Source: Candidatus Saccharimonadota bacterium
Lineage (GTDB): Bacteria > Patescibacteriota > Saccharimonadia > Saccharimonadales > SLHW01
DNA: 64,000 nt
NCBI GenBank assembly: GCA_024635455.1
Contig: JAGXIU010000002.1
Span: 172,309 to 236,308, forward strand
Direction of reading: 5' to 3'
The position numbers and the translations under genes were made by a program. This document shows, piece by piece, positions 1 to 9,843 of the stretch. Within the stretch, counting starts at the first letter, position 1. Every line of letters starts with the position of its first letter. The notes beneath the pieces were generated by a model. It ran no database searches. It had not been told where the DNA came from and saw nothing but the letters and a program-made list of their open reading frames with translations.

Positions 1-124
1 ATTAGGATGAGTGAGAAGGCGAGCGAGGCGTTGTTTTTCATCTTGGGGGTATTATAGCAACTCGTGGCTTACTTTTTTCACTAGCTGGGCAATTTACTTT
101 TCTCTAACGAGAAACGCAACCACA

Positions 125-156
125 TAAACCCGACAGACTATAGTATGTCGGGTTTA
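125..156. repeat. Dispersed 32-bp palindromic repeat, copy 1
   Basis: TAAACCCGACA-G-ACTATAGT-A-TGTCGGGTTTA; near-identical copies at 9844, 35977 and 51601. Confidence 0.95.
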
Positions 157-219
157 GAATAGCCGTAGATATGTAACTCAATTGACAGATATGATTGCAC
201 GTGTTATTATAGTAGTACT

Positions 220-582
220 ATGACACATAAAAATGAAACACACGAAACACGAATGGATACCGGAGAGGGTATCCTTGGGCTTCGGGCTAGCCAACATGAG
301 CTAGAAATAGCTAAGAATAATCCCCCAGTTCCGCTTACAGAGACAGCAATTAAATCAGAAGAAGCATTTATCAGGGACGGTCAGGGAGAAATTGGTGACC
401 CAATTATCGATACACGCGCTTATTTAGCAGCTCAGAAGAATAAATATCCAAAATATATCGATACAGTTGATTTAGACCTTGAAGATGGCGAGGTTGTAAA
501 GATCGTCGACCGTGATGGTATTGAAGTACGGATCGGCGATGTAGCAGTAAACCTATCCGGCACCGATAAGCCGACTGAATAG
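220..582 (+). CDS. Hypothetical protein
   Basis: 120-aa ORF filling the space, -10-like box just upstream of ATG; no recognised motif. Confidence 0.6.
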   Translation: MTHKNETHETRMDTGEGILGLRASQHELEIAKNNPPVPLTETAIKSEEAFIRDGQGEIGDPIIDTRAYLAAQKNKYPKYIDTVDLDLEDGEVVKIVDRDGIEVRIGDVAVNLSGTDKPTE

Positions 583-595
583 AGTTAACCTGTTC

Positions 596-1066
596 TTAAG
601 ATGCTTCAGTCGGTAACTTATCCTTAAGCTTAGTCAGGCGTGGCAGGAAGCTTTGTGCTGCACCATCTAAGCCAAGGATCTTGAGCGCGCCGATGAGCAC
701 GTACAGTTCGTCAATGTGAGCCTGATTGATTTTTGACTCGGTTTCGACTTTTTTTATGTAATACTCGATTTTTTCTATCAGCCACTTTTCTTCACTTGGT
801 TGTATCTGGTTGGTTTGAAGTTTAGTTTGAGCATCGGTACTGACGACCTCGAGCGAACGAGCGGCGTGATCTCGCTTTTGTAGGTGCCCACGATCGATTA
901 GGTTTTTGATGTGTAGAGACACCGTGGCTATAGAGTTATAACCCATGCCGGTTTTTATCTCACGGTAGCTTGGGCTATAACCATGTTCAGTAATAAACGA
1001 TTCAATAAAGCTAAGTAGCTCTTGCTGTTTTTTGGTTGGACGAACGGTTTTGCCTGGTTCACTCAT
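596..1066 (-). CDS. LexA DNA-binding-domain protein lacking the S24 peptidase domain
   Basis: N-terminal TKKQQELLSFIESFITEHGYSPSYREI...HIKNLIDRGHL...ARSL matches the LexA wHTH; C-terminus is short, helical-looking, with no Ala-Gly cleavage site or Ser/Lys dyad recognisable. Confidence 0.8.
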   Translation of the reverse strand: MSEPGKTVRPTKKQQELLSFIESFITEHGYSPSYREIKTGMGYNSIATVSLHIKNLIDRGHLQKRDHAARSLEVVSTDAQTKLQTNQIQPSEEKWLIEKIEYYIKKVETESKINQAHIDELYVLIGALKILGLDGAAQSFLPRLTKLKDKLPTEAS

Positions 1067-1077
1067 TACATTCTCCG

Positions 1078-1578
1078 TTATTTTGAGCGTTTTTTAGGCG
1101 GACGAGTCGATAGGGTCGGCATGGCTGTTTTCCTGGCGGGGTTAATATCATGAGGCTCGGCACTCTTCTTCTTGAATACCCAGTATTTGAATAATAAATA
1201 GTTGTACACGGTAAAGAATCCAGCGCTAACAAACTGTCCAATGTAAGGAGACACGTCAGCCAGCTCGTACAAACCGCCAACAATCGCTAGGTCTATTAAA
1301 AAATTGGTGAACATGAGGCCGTAGTACTTCTCTGCAGATGCATGGATTTGCTTTTTTGACAGTCGTTTTCTACCAAAAACCCAGTAGCGCTGCAGGTAGA
1401 AGTTGACCATGACACCTAATCCATACGACAACACACGGTTTGGCCAAAACGGTACCTTAAAAACGATGTCAAACAGCGCAAAGGCGCCGTAGCCGCTCCA
1501 GAACTGGGCTCCGCCACTTATCATGTACTCAATGATGCGCTTGAGTTCTTTTTTGTATTTATATTTTAGTTTTGGCAT
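1078..1578 (-). CDS. GtrA family membrane protein
   Basis: Four TM segments with NFYLQRYWVF and NYLLFKYWVF motifs typical of GtrA. Confidence 0.8.
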   Translation of the reverse strand: MPKLKYKYKKELKRIIEYMISGGAQFWSGYGAFALFDIVFKVPFWPNRVLSYGLGVMVNFYLQRYWVFGRKRLSKKQIHASAEKYYGLMFTNFLIDLAIVGGLYELADVSPYIGQFVSAGFFTVYNYLLFKYWVFKKKSAEPHDINPARKTAMPTLSTRPPKKRSK

Positions 1579-1691
1579 AGATGTTTTTATTGCTTATCTG
1601 ATCTTTAGGTTTAAGTATAGCAAACCATGTCATTAGTTGAGCGTGCTTTACTGGCAACTTATAATAGAGACATAATCAGGAGGTTTTAAGT

Positions 1692-2363
1692 ATGAAAACA
1701 AACCAAAACGGATTCTCTGCACTTATTGTTATTTTGATACTTATTATCATTGGCCTACTTGGCGTTGGCGGGTGGTATTTTTGGTCAAACCAAGAAGACG
1801 AGCAAGAAACTACAGAGCCGGTAGCGACTGAGCAACCTGAAGATAGCCCCAGTGAGTCGTCAGAGCCAGCTGAAGATACTCAGCTGATTCCTGATGGCTG
1901 GGTGCGGTATAGCAATACTGAAATCGGCATAACATTCCTCTATCCGCAGGATTGGGGCGAAGTTGTGCGAGCTGAGTTTGATGACCAGGGTAACAGTGAC
2001 TACTTTGGCTTCAGTGAGTTTGATCCAGTGTCAGTCGGCGGCCTGCAGGCTGATTACGAAGTTAAGCCTCGCGGTGGTACGTTAATTGATCCAGGTGGCT
2101 TTTCTGTGGCAGCTGACGGTGCTATTCAATTTCAAAATAGAGACGGCAGCGTGGCTGGCCCCGCAAGCAGTGAGTACACGCTTGTTGATGGCGACAATTG
2201 TATTATGGCGCTTGGAACACAGTTTTTCGATACGCTCGCTTACCACGCAACCTGCAATACACCGAGCGATGTAACGCCTGGATTTAACTTTGCAGCTCAG
2301 GACAGTAGCTTGGTTGATGTGGCAGTGTTTGAGCAGATGGTAGAGAGTTACGAAGTACTGTAA
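1692..2363 (+). CDS. Membrane-anchored protein with prepilin-like N-terminus
   Basis: NQNG-FSALIVILILIIIG resembles a class III signal (Glu+5 absent); acidic linker; WVRYSNTEIGITFLYPQDW PsbP-like motif. Confidence 0.65.
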   Translation: MKTNQNGFSALIVILILIIIGLLGVGGWYFWSNQEDEQETTEPVATEQPEDSPSESSEPAEDTQLIPDGWVRYSNTEIGITFLYPQDWGEVVRAEFDDQGNSDYFGFSEFDPVSVGGLQADYEVKPRGGTLIDPGGFSVAADGAIQFQNRDGSVAGPASSEYTLVDGDNCIMALGTQFFDTLAYHATCNTPSDVTPGFNFAAQDSSLVDVAVFEQMVESYEVL

Positions 2364-2418
2364 TCTAGCAAATACAAAAGTTTCGGTTCTGCTATTGAGT
2401 AGCTATACTTAGACAAGT

Positions 2419-3213
2419 ATGAATATTATTGAGGCATTGCTATTGGGCTTAGTGCAAGGTGTGACTGAGTTTATTCCAGTATCAAGCTCTGGCCATTTGC
2501 TGCTCGGGCAAGAGTTATTTGGCGTGGATGGTGGTGGCTTACGTTATGATGTAGCGCTACACATTGGTACGTTAGTGGCAATACTATTGTTTTTTTGGCG
2601 GGACTTATACCAAATCATAAAAGATGTTATCTATGGCGGGGCGTACCGGCGAGTTGGCTGGTTCTTGGCTATTGCTACGTTGCCAGCGGCGTTTTTTGGC
2701 GCCTTACTGCAGGGCGCAGCTGAGTCAAGCTTCAGGAGTGGCTATTTGGTAGCTTTTAACTTAGCGTTTGTCGGACTATTAATGCTGTTGGCAGAACGTC
2801 TGGCGACGAAGCAACCGCAAGTTGATGTGAAGCAGACAAATCTCACGCAGGCACTGGTTATAGGGTTTTCGCAAGCCTTGGCGTTAGTACCCGGTGTGTC
2901 ACGTTCTGGTAGCACCATTACTGCCGGTTTGTTTATGGGGCTTGATCGGGTTGCGGCGACGCGCTTTTCGTTTTTGTTGGCAGTTCCCATAATGATTGGC
3001 GCAATACTGAAGGTCGTCGTGTTCGATAGTGGATCAGTAGTGGACAGCACTGGCAGTGGTGTACTGTTGGTTGGCATCGGTGCGTCGATGCTCAGCGGCT
3101 TGTTGGCAATCCGATTCTTGCTTCGTTTCTTAGCTCACCATAGCCTCGCTACATTCGCCTATTATCGTATTGGTTTGGCGGTGATAACGGTGGTATTTTT
3201 GACTATCCGTTGA
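2419..3213 (+). CDS. uppP: Undecaprenyl-diphosphate phosphatase
   Basis: QGVTEFIPVSSSGHL and PGVSRSGSTIT BacA motifs. Confidence 0.95.
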   Translation: MNIIEALLLGLVQGVTEFIPVSSSGHLLLGQELFGVDGGGLRYDVALHIGTLVAILLFFWRDLYQIIKDVIYGGAYRRVGWFLAIATLPAAFFGALLQGAAESSFRSGYLVAFNLAFVGLLMLLAERLATKQPQVDVKQTNLTQALVIGFSQALALVPGVSRSGSTITAGLFMGLDRVAATRFSFLLAVPIMIGAILKVVVFDSGSVVDSTGSGVLLVGIGASMLSGLLAIRFLLRFLAHHSLATFAYYRIGLAVITVVFLTIR

Positions 3214-3249
3214 CGTATCTGTAGCACTAGCGGTATTATAGATAAACAT

Positions 3250-3735
3250 ATGGCAAAAACATCTGTGTCGAGTAATAAAAGTAGCGCTCCAGTAGCGAAG
3301 ATAATCATTGGCGTAATTCTTCTGGCATCTCTTGCTGGCAACGGCTTTTTACTTTGGCAATATCAAGAAAAAGAATCTGAGCTAGAAACTGCTAACCAAA
3401 CTATCGAGCTTTTTAAGAGTGACCCAGGCGCAGCTGAAGAAGCCAGCGTACAAGAATACATTGATCAGGTTGGGAGAGTATATAATTTGCCGGAAGGCGA
3501 AACGCCGAGTGTTGCCACAGTTGAGGATAAAGAATTACTTGCTGATCAGCCATTTTTTGAACGAGCCGAGAACGGGGACGTTGCGTTGATCTATCCTGAG
3601 GCTCAACTCGCAGTATTATATCGGCCGAGTACTGCTCAGATCGTCAATGTGAGCAGTCTAGAGATCGATGACAACCCTGACGCCCTAGACGTTCAAACGC
3701 CAGAAGCTGAGTCAAGCGGGCCACTAGAAGAGTAG
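3250..3735 (+). CDS. Single-TM hypothetical protein
   Basis: 161-aa ORF with N-terminal TM and globular C-domain (LPEGETPSVATV...PFFERAENGD). Confidence 0.7.
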   Translation: MAKTSVSSNKSSAPVAKIIIGVILLASLAGNGFLLWQYQEKESELETANQTIELFKSDPGAAEEASVQEYIDQVGRVYNLPEGETPSVATVEDKELLADQPFFERAENGDVALIYPEAQLAVLYRPSTAQIVNVSSLEIDDNPDALDVQTPEAESSGPLEE

Positions 3736-3797
3736 TGCCTCCGTACCCTCACTTCGCTTTTTTTTGAGAATCATCGTATAATGCTCTTTAAGGGTAT

Positions 3798-4511
3798 GTG
3801 CCCATGCTAAATACATACAGACACAATCAACGAACGAGAAAAGTCAAAGTTGGCTTACTCGTGGCTAGCTTTTTATTTGGGATAGGCGGTATATTGCTTG
3901 CTGGATTTTTTGTTTATAACGATTTGCGGAACAACCAGGCAGAAGTTGTCGAAGGAGAGGGTCGCACAGTCGCGCAAGTACTCAGCGATAGTGATGTTTA
4001 CTTTGTGCATGAGCCAGATTTCGACTTTGAGCTGCCCAGTGACTGGCGAGAGATAGATAGAGTTAACTCGCCAAACGAACAAAGCATCACCTGGCAAGCG
4101 ACACTCAAGGATGAGGATAATCGGTATTTGACGTTATATATAAATACGATTCCGCAAGATCCAGTTGTCCGACTATTACCTGTCACTGTTACAGAAAATC
4201 GTTTGCAGCGAGGACAGCTATCACCAAATTGCTCGAGCTTTACTGGTAGTGAAACTTTAGATAGGGATGAGCGCAGAAATGAACCACCAGCTCAAACTAA
4301 ATGGGCGAATACTGACTTTATATGTGATGTCGGTAGAATCGTTAATGAGAACATTATTGGCACTGGTCAATCAGGCGAACCGATAAACACCATTACGATT
4401 ACAGGCGAAGAAAGCGGCACTAATAAGTACTTCTTCTTGTATGAGGATAGAAATGTGCGGCCGAATTTTGATATTTTGTACAATGCTGTGAATACGTTTT
4501 TTGCGAAGTAA
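3798..4511 (+). CDS. Single-TM hypothetical protein
   Basis: 237-aa ORF, basic N-terminus, TM, extracellular domain with a Cys pair. Confidence 0.7.
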   Translation: MPMLNTYRHNQRTRKVKVGLLVASFLFGIGGILLAGFFVYNDLRNNQAEVVEGEGRTVAQVLSDSDVYFVHEPDFDFELPSDWREIDRVNSPNEQSITWQATLKDEDNRYLTLYINTIPQDPVVRLLPVTVTENRLQRGQLSPNCSSFTGSETLDRDERRNEPPAQTKWANTDFICDVGRIVNENIIGTGQSGEPINTITITGEESGTNKYFFLYEDRNVRPNFDILYNAVNTFFAK

Positions 4512-4790
4512 TTATTAAGGGTTAGAAAATAGGAAGTAGTAATTAGCGAGGCTCGTTCTCGACAGGGCGAGCTACCTTTACTTTATGATGAATAAGGTCA
4601 AGGATTGACTAAACTCGAAGGCTTCTCCGCTGATGAAATCAGTTTTTTGAAGCCCGAACAGAAGACACGGGGCTTTAAGTGGGTTGAGGTTGGGTTTGTG
4701 TGATAAATCAGTTCTATGATTGCTAAAAATACTACATCTAGTGTAGGGCTTATACGCTATACTACTAGGCATAGGCAAATTACCAATTTA

Positions 4791-4870
4791 TGCTGGAAGT
4801 AGGTGAAATTCCTACACTGTGCCGCAACGGTGAAAGTCCGATACAGCAAGAAAAGACTCCCGAGCAGGAG
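4791..4870 (+). ncRNA. Compact cobalamin-type riboswitch (class II / AdoCbl-variant-like)
   Basis: P3 TGCTG/CAGCA; J3/4 GAA; P4 GTAGG-TGAAATT-CCTAC (T-loop); ACTGTGCCGCAA; P6 CGG-TGAAAGT-CCG; B12-box-like AAGTCCGATAC; P13 CTCC-CGAGCA-GGAG with loop complementary to L5; TATACT -10 at 4758-4763. Confidence 0.75.
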
Positions 4871-4930
4871 CAACTGTTGTCACCTTCCTGGTGTGACCGT
4901 CTATTCTGCTAAAGGAGCATAGGCGATACA

Positions 4931-6298
4931 GTGTTACAACTAGCAACCCATCCAGAAGTAGAAAAGTTTGAGCAGGGGCCGCGCATCGATCGGTGGCTAC
5001 TTGCAGAACAGGCCCGGCCGATTGAGTCCGATATTGCTCGAAGCCGAGCGCAAAAATTACTCGGTTCTCTCGCGGTAAATAATGTAGTTGACGTTAAGCA
5101 GGCGCAAGAAGAGACCAGTAGCAACACGACGCTTTTATTTGCAACACAGGCAGCTCGTATGGGTGATCAAGAATCACGGCATGCAGTTGAGCAGAACGTG
5201 CAGACCAATGTAGCTGAGATTTTATATAAGGCAGGACACCAAACCAGCGTATTCTTGACATATGCAGATGGCCAGCTTGCGCAATCGGGTCGCTCACTTG
5301 CCGATATACAGGCAAATACCCTTCGCTACACTACATTGAACCCATTAATGCGCCGTCGTTCAGAGCAAGAGCTTGAAAACGTGTTTTCATTTGAGGAGTT
5401 GCTTGGGTCAGGGGCGCTAGAGGATTATGACGCAGTAGTGTTCTCATTAGCGCCAAATGATGAAAAAACCAAGCGTGATTATGGGTTTTTTAGCGACACT
5501 GACACTTGCTCAATTCAGATGTTGCGTCATAGGGATGGTAGCGACGTTGAGCTACAGACTGCACTGGTAGCCGGCAAGCCATCAGCATATGCTACCCGAC
5601 ATGACTCGCAGGCAGTTGAGTATATAGCACAACAAAATGGTGCTAGCTATAGTCTAGATAGCGAGGAAGACGGTCTGCGTCAGATTTTACTTATACCAAA
5701 AACAGCTGCACCAAATGGCGTTGTCGATATCGTGGCACAATACGATTGGGCGATCGGTGGTACATTTTATGGTGAGCAACAGACACATTCGCAGCCAATA
5801 GACTACGTGGCCTACGCCGAACAGTGCGAACAGAGAAATCGTGACTTTGATGTAGTGGTCCAGCAGGTCACTGACCAGTTGCTCACTGAGGCGCATAGTT
5901 TCACCTCACCGGTACAGGCAATTAAACGGCTTCATAAGCTGACCGAACAAGCTTTGGTTACGGGCGCAATCAGCGATGAATCTATCGATGTGCGGGTATT
6001 TGGAGCAGAGTCAGCAGGTTATATAGATGCCGCTCGACTTATGAGCCAGCAAGGTGATGCAGAGAAGGCACTTGACCTACAAATGAAAGCTATTAAAACA
6101 GCAGCTTCTAGCTCGTGTCCAATGTTTAATGGTGGTGAAACCGATGGTACTACCGATAATCCGTTATCGCTTAACGGTATATTTGAAGATAAGTATGGCT
6201 CGCTAGAATTTAGGTGTAAACATGGACATAATAATAAGCGACCGAGAAATAAATTGATTGAAAAATGCCAGCATTGTGGCATCAGTGTTCGGTGTTAA
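4931..6298 (+). CDS. Hypothetical protein with C-terminal zinc-ribbon-like motif
   Basis: 455-aa ORF, GTG start after AAAGGAG; ends CKHGH...CQHC...C. Confidence 0.8.
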   Translation: MLQLATHPEVEKFEQGPRIDRWLLAEQARPIESDIARSRAQKLLGSLAVNNVVDVKQAQEETSSNTTLLFATQAARMGDQESRHAVEQNVQTNVAEILYKAGHQTSVFLTYADGQLAQSGRSLADIQANTLRYTTLNPLMRRRSEQELENVFSFEELLGSGALEDYDAVVFSLAPNDEKTKRDYGFFSDTDTCSIQMLRHRDGSDVELQTALVAGKPSAYATRHDSQAVEYIAQQNGASYSLDSEEDGLRQILLIPKTAAPNGVVDIVAQYDWAIGGTFYGEQQTHSQPIDYVAYAEQCEQRNRDFDVVVQQVTDQLLTEAHSFTSPVQAIKRLHKLTEQALVTGAISDESIDVRVFGAESAGYIDAARLMSQQGDAEKALDLQMKAIKTAASSSCPMFNGGETDGTTDNPLSLNGIFEDKYGSLEFRCKHGHNNKRPRNKLIEKCQHCGISVRC

Positions 6299-6311
6299 AA
6301 TAGAAGCAGAA

Positions 6312-6482
6312 ATGATAGATAAGCACGACCAACAGTATAAAGAGCTCGTTGATGAACGTTCGCCAGAACTGTTTTGTGATTCCTGCGGTCATTATCCGAT
6401 TATGCCATTGCACGGCCATTTCGTGTGCCCAGAATGCAAAATGCCAACGAAGTGCTGTGAGGGAATACCGGCTGATGTCTAA
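6312..6482 (+). CDS. Small Cys-rich zinc-ribbon-like protein (56 aa)
   Basis: CDSCG...HGHFVCPEC...CCEG; starts 13 nt after the previous stop and overlaps the next start. Confidence 0.7.
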   Translation: MIDKHDQQYKELVDERSPELFCDSCGHYPIMPLHGHFVCPECKMPTKCCEGIPADV

Positions 6483-7224
6483 GGCGACGACGAGTCGTGA
6501 AAATAAGGACGCCCCGCCCCGCCATTGGAGTAGTCGTTTCTTACGTATAACGTTATGGACAATCAGCGTGTTTCTTGTGTTGCATCTTGCTGGGCAGGTG
6601 CTCACGCGGTTTTTCTTTCCAGACAGTGTGTTCTGGGATGAAGTGACCTGGCGCTTCAACGTTGATTTGGAGCTGAATGTGACAACGTGGTACGCCTCGT
6701 TTCTCGCAGCGGTGGCCTCTTTGAGCGCAGTGTTTGTAGCGTCCCAGTATCGTCATTATCGAACAGACAGACTCCCGTTGACTGTCTGGGCTTTGTTGGC
6801 AGCGGCCTTGCTTGTCGTGTCTATTGGCGAAACTGCCAGTTTTCACGAGCTGTTGCTGCAGCTGTTGCACGTGCAAGCTGAGCTTGGCACTGTGCCGTCG
6901 TATAAATCAAACGCCTGGTTGTTTGTAATTCCGGTGATTGCTCTTGGGGCTGCTGCTGGCTTGGGGCTCGTGCACCGCGCCATGCCTCACCGTACTTTTG
7001 TGCGCATTACTGTCGCTGCGTGTATCTATCTGACGGGTGCTGTCGGCGTGGAGTACATTAGCATTCCGATTAGCGATGAAAGCCTTATGTATAACTTTTT
7101 CCTGACGCCCCTAGAAGAGGGCCTTGAGATGGTAGGCATGTGGTCGGTGATACGAGCGATGTCTTTACACGTTCGTGAGGCGTTGCCGGATGTCGATAAA
7201 CAGGTACAACAACTATGGCAATAA
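6475..7224 (+). CDS. Multi-pass membrane protein
   Basis: About 6 TM segments; ETASFHE and EEGLEMVG motifs; ATG at 6475 overlaps the upstream gene end. Confidence 0.7.
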   Translation: MSKATTSRENKDAPPRHWSSRFLRITLWTISVFLVLHLAGQVLTRFFFPDSVFWDEVTWRFNVDLELNVTTWYASFLAAVASLSAVFVASQYRHYRTDRLPLTVWALLAAALLVVSIGETASFHELLLQLLHVQAELGTVPSYKSNAWLFVIPVIALGAAAGLGLVHRAMPHRTFVRITVAACIYLTGAVGVEYISIPISDESLMYNFFLTPLEEGLEMVGMWSVIRAMSLHVREALPDVDKQVQQLWQ

Positions 7225-7829
7225 ATCAGCGTATTGGTATCTTTGCTGGAAGCTTTGATCCGATTCATAAGGGTCATATTATGTGCGCACAACGCGCTAT
7301 GGAGCAGCTCGGTTTGCAACGTGTGCTCTTTGTTGTTGAGCCACGGCCACGTCGTAAACAGGGAGTTAAGGCGTTTGAGCATCGTAGTGCAATGGTGCAA
7401 CGTGCGATTGCTGATTTCGAAGGCTTTCAACATATCTTGATAGACGACCCGTACTGCACTACCACCGAGACACTACCGATGTTACGTGAGCGTTTTCAGG
7501 GCAGTGAACTATATGTACTGATGGGGGATGACGTAGCCGAGCACATAGCTCAATGGCCACAAGTTACCGAACTCCTCAGCAATGTTCAGCTTGCCGTTAT
7601 ATTGCGCACACTAAAAAGAAATCAGCTTGAGCAGCGCTTAGAGAAGCTGGCTACTGTGACCAATCAGAAGCCTCGAGTGCACATCATAGACGGAATAGGC
7701 GCACCAATTAGTTCAAGTAAAATACGAGCGCAACTAAAGCACGAGGGCACCTCAGATATGGTACAGCCACACGTCTTAGATTATATTCGAAAGCAAAATC
7801 TCTATGGATCAAGCGGCTTAGCTTCGTAG
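7215..7829 (+). CDS. nadD: Nicotinate-nucleotide adenylyltransferase-like protein
   Basis: GIFAGSFDPIHKGH, LMGDD, ISSSKIR, YIRKQNLY motifs. Confidence 0.8.
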   Translation: MAINQRIGIFAGSFDPIHKGHIMCAQRAMEQLGLQRVLFVVEPRPRRKQGVKAFEHRSAMVQRAIADFEGFQHILIDDPYCTTTETLPMLRERFQGSELYVLMGDDVAEHIAQWPQVTELLSNVQLAVILRTLKRNQLEQRLEKLATVTNQKPRVHIIDGIGAPISSSKIRAQLKHEGTSDMVQPHVLDYIRKQNLYGSSGLAS

Positions 7830-9493
7830 TGGTCCTGGAGGTAGGAAATGTGCTTATCCCGGTAGTGCTTGAATTCTCGTTTGCTAAACTTGTTTCGTTT
7901 TAGGAACGAGCTTACTTTCTCGCTACCAATAAATGCTGGCATCATGACGTAGCTAGCACCGTACCCATATAGGAGAGCAGCTTGGTCGGAATTATCAGCA
8001 TGACAGATGACCACAGCATCTTTGTTTACAAGTTCTAGGTGGCGGAGTAGCTGGACATTGGTGTCAAGGTCCGAAGCGAGACTGACCACTACCTTTACTT
8101 TGCTGAGGTCAATTTCTTCAAGTAGCTCTAGGTCAGTTGCGTCGCCGTAAATATAGGGAATGTGCTTGCGCTCTAGTTCGTCGGCGACATCTGGGTCATA
8201 GTCGATAACGACATAATTGTTGGCAATTTTCTTAAACGCTTCTACGAATTCGTTTCCACCTTTTTTGTACCCGAAAAGCACGGCATCATGTTTGCCGTGT
8301 GATTCGTGCTCGTGTCGACGTTTTTGCCGCTCGAATATGCCTAAATATGGCTCGAGCAGACTGTAGAGCTTATCGGAATAGGTGATCATATAGGTTGAAG
8401 TAGCAATCGTAATAATCGCTACAAGTGTAACTGTGGCTACAATCTCCGTCGTTATCTGGCCACTACGTTGTCCGAGTAACAAGAAAACGAGTGAGAATTC
8501 ACTAATCTGAGCAACTGCTAATCCGGCTTTGAAGCCAGTTTTCTTGGTATATCCAAGTAGCCCAAGAATAGTCATCACAATGAGCGGATTACCAAATAGC
8601 ACCAAGCTAGACATAGCGATGGCTGGTCCGATAAATTCAGTAAAGTTTACAATTTCTAGACGAGCACCAAGTGCTATAAAGAATACAATCAAGAAGAAAT
8701 CTCGTAGTGGCTTCAGGCGAGAAGCCACCTCTTGAGCATACGATATATTAGCTAACGCAACACCAGCAATAAGTGCACCAATCTCAACCGAGAATCCGAG
8801 CTCATAAAATACTGTACCGATACCAAATCCCCATGCGATGGCAAACAAAAACAGCAATTCCTGTGAGCGTGCTAGGAAGGTGGTGAGCGGGAGAACTATA
8901 AATTTGGTAACTGCTACTACTGCTGCAATAACGAACACTCCCGTTAGCACGAGTATACCAATATCGATTGGGCCGAGCTCATTACCGGCAGCCGATGCAT
9001 AAACCAAGGCGAAGGCGACGATTATATCTTGTACGAGCAAGAATCCGATTGATATTTTGCCGTAGAGTTTGTTCTGTTCCTTTTTATCACTAAGCAGCTT
9101 AAGGATAATAATGGTGCTACTAAAAGCTAAGGCGATAGAAATATAGAGCGACTCGGTGCTGCTGTAGCCAAGCAAACGCGTCAAAACACTTGCCAATAGA
9201 ACGGTGAACAGTACCTGACCACCACCGGTGAGCACTGCCGTTTTGCCTACCTCTTTAATAATTCGCGGGTTAAGGCCAAGTCCAACAATGAAAAGCAGTA
9301 GTACGATGCCAAAATCACCAAGCAGTGCGATAGTGTCGGGTGATTCTACGACACCAAAAAATGTTGGCCCAACTAAAAGCCCAGTCATAATGTGCCCAAT
9401 AATCAGCGGCTGCTTGAGCCATCGCATAAGCATAGCGATACTGGCTGCTAGGCAGATGAGTAGTGTGATCTCAGTAAATATATGTCCGTCCAT
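7802..9493 (-). CDS. CPA2 cation:proton antiporter with TrkA-N domain (Kef-type)
   Basis: Many TMs, FSSTIIILKLL, LLVQD, QISEFS, C-terminal YGDATD RCK domain. Confidence 0.9.
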   Translation of the reverse strand: MDGHIFTEITLLICLAASIAMLMRWLKQPLIIGHIMTGLLVGPTFFGVVESPDTIALLGDFGIVLLLFIVGLGLNPRIIKEVGKTAVLTGGGQVLFTVLLASVLTRLLGYSSTESLYISIALAFSSTIIILKLLSDKKEQNKLYGKISIGFLLVQDIIVAFALVYASAAGNELGPIDIGILVLTGVFVIAAVVAVTKFIVLPLTTFLARSQELLFLFAIAWGFGIGTVFYELGFSVEIGALIAGVALANISYAQEVASRLKPLRDFFLIVFFIALGARLEIVNFTEFIGPAIAMSSLVLFGNPLIVMTILGLLGYTKKTGFKAGLAVAQISEFSLVFLLLGQRSGQITTEIVATVTLVAIITIATSTYMITYSDKLYSLLEPYLGIFERQKRRHEHESHGKHDAVLFGYKKGGNEFVEAFKKIANNYVVIDYDPDVADELERKHIPYIYGDATDLELLEEIDLSKVKVVVSLASDLDTNVQLLRHLELVNKDAVVICHADNSDQAALLYGYGASYVMMPAFIGSEKVSSFLKRNKFSKREFKHYRDKHISYLQDHYEAKPLDP

Positions 9494-9612
9494 GTTTGTT
9501 TTCGCTTAACCTTATTATGTAACTTTACAACACTATACAATTGGGCACAAATTTTGGAAAAATGTCTTTACACAATTCTCATGCCTTGGTACTATTACAA
9601 GTACTTCAAGGT

Positions 9613-9696
9613 ATGAATTATGTAATGCACATACCGAAAGAAGACAAAAACATTCAAAAATACAAAGAGTACTGTGGCGAGTGGTTTATGTGCTAG
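9613..9696 (+). CDS. Putative small protein (27 aa)
   Basis: MNYVMHIPKEDKNIQKYKEYCGEWFMC in intergenic gap, followed by a second small ORF. Confidence 0.3.
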   Translation: MNYVMHIPKEDKNIQKYKEYCGEWFMC

Positions 9697-9727
9697 CCAG
9701 TGCTGTTTATAGGGAGGATACGGCGAT

Positions 9728-9820
9728 ATGCCTATCAAAATAAAAATAATACAACAAAAGAGGCACAAAGTGGACGTCCAAGTAAAACGCCCAAGTTGGC
9801 AACAATTCATTCACTACTAA
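9728..9820 (+). CDS. Putative small basic protein (30 aa)
   Basis: AGGGAGG SD at 9711-9717; MPIKIKIIQQKRHKVDVQVKRPSWQQFIHY; followed by the palindrome. Confidence 0.45.
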   Translation: MPIKIKIIQQKRHKVDVQVKRPSWQQFIHY

Positions 9821-9843
9821 AGAGAAGAGTGGTGACCAAAACA

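Noticed and set aside
7802..7829. 28-nt convergent overlap of nadD-like and antiporter genes
   Set aside because: Ordinary in compact genomes; no sign of regulation
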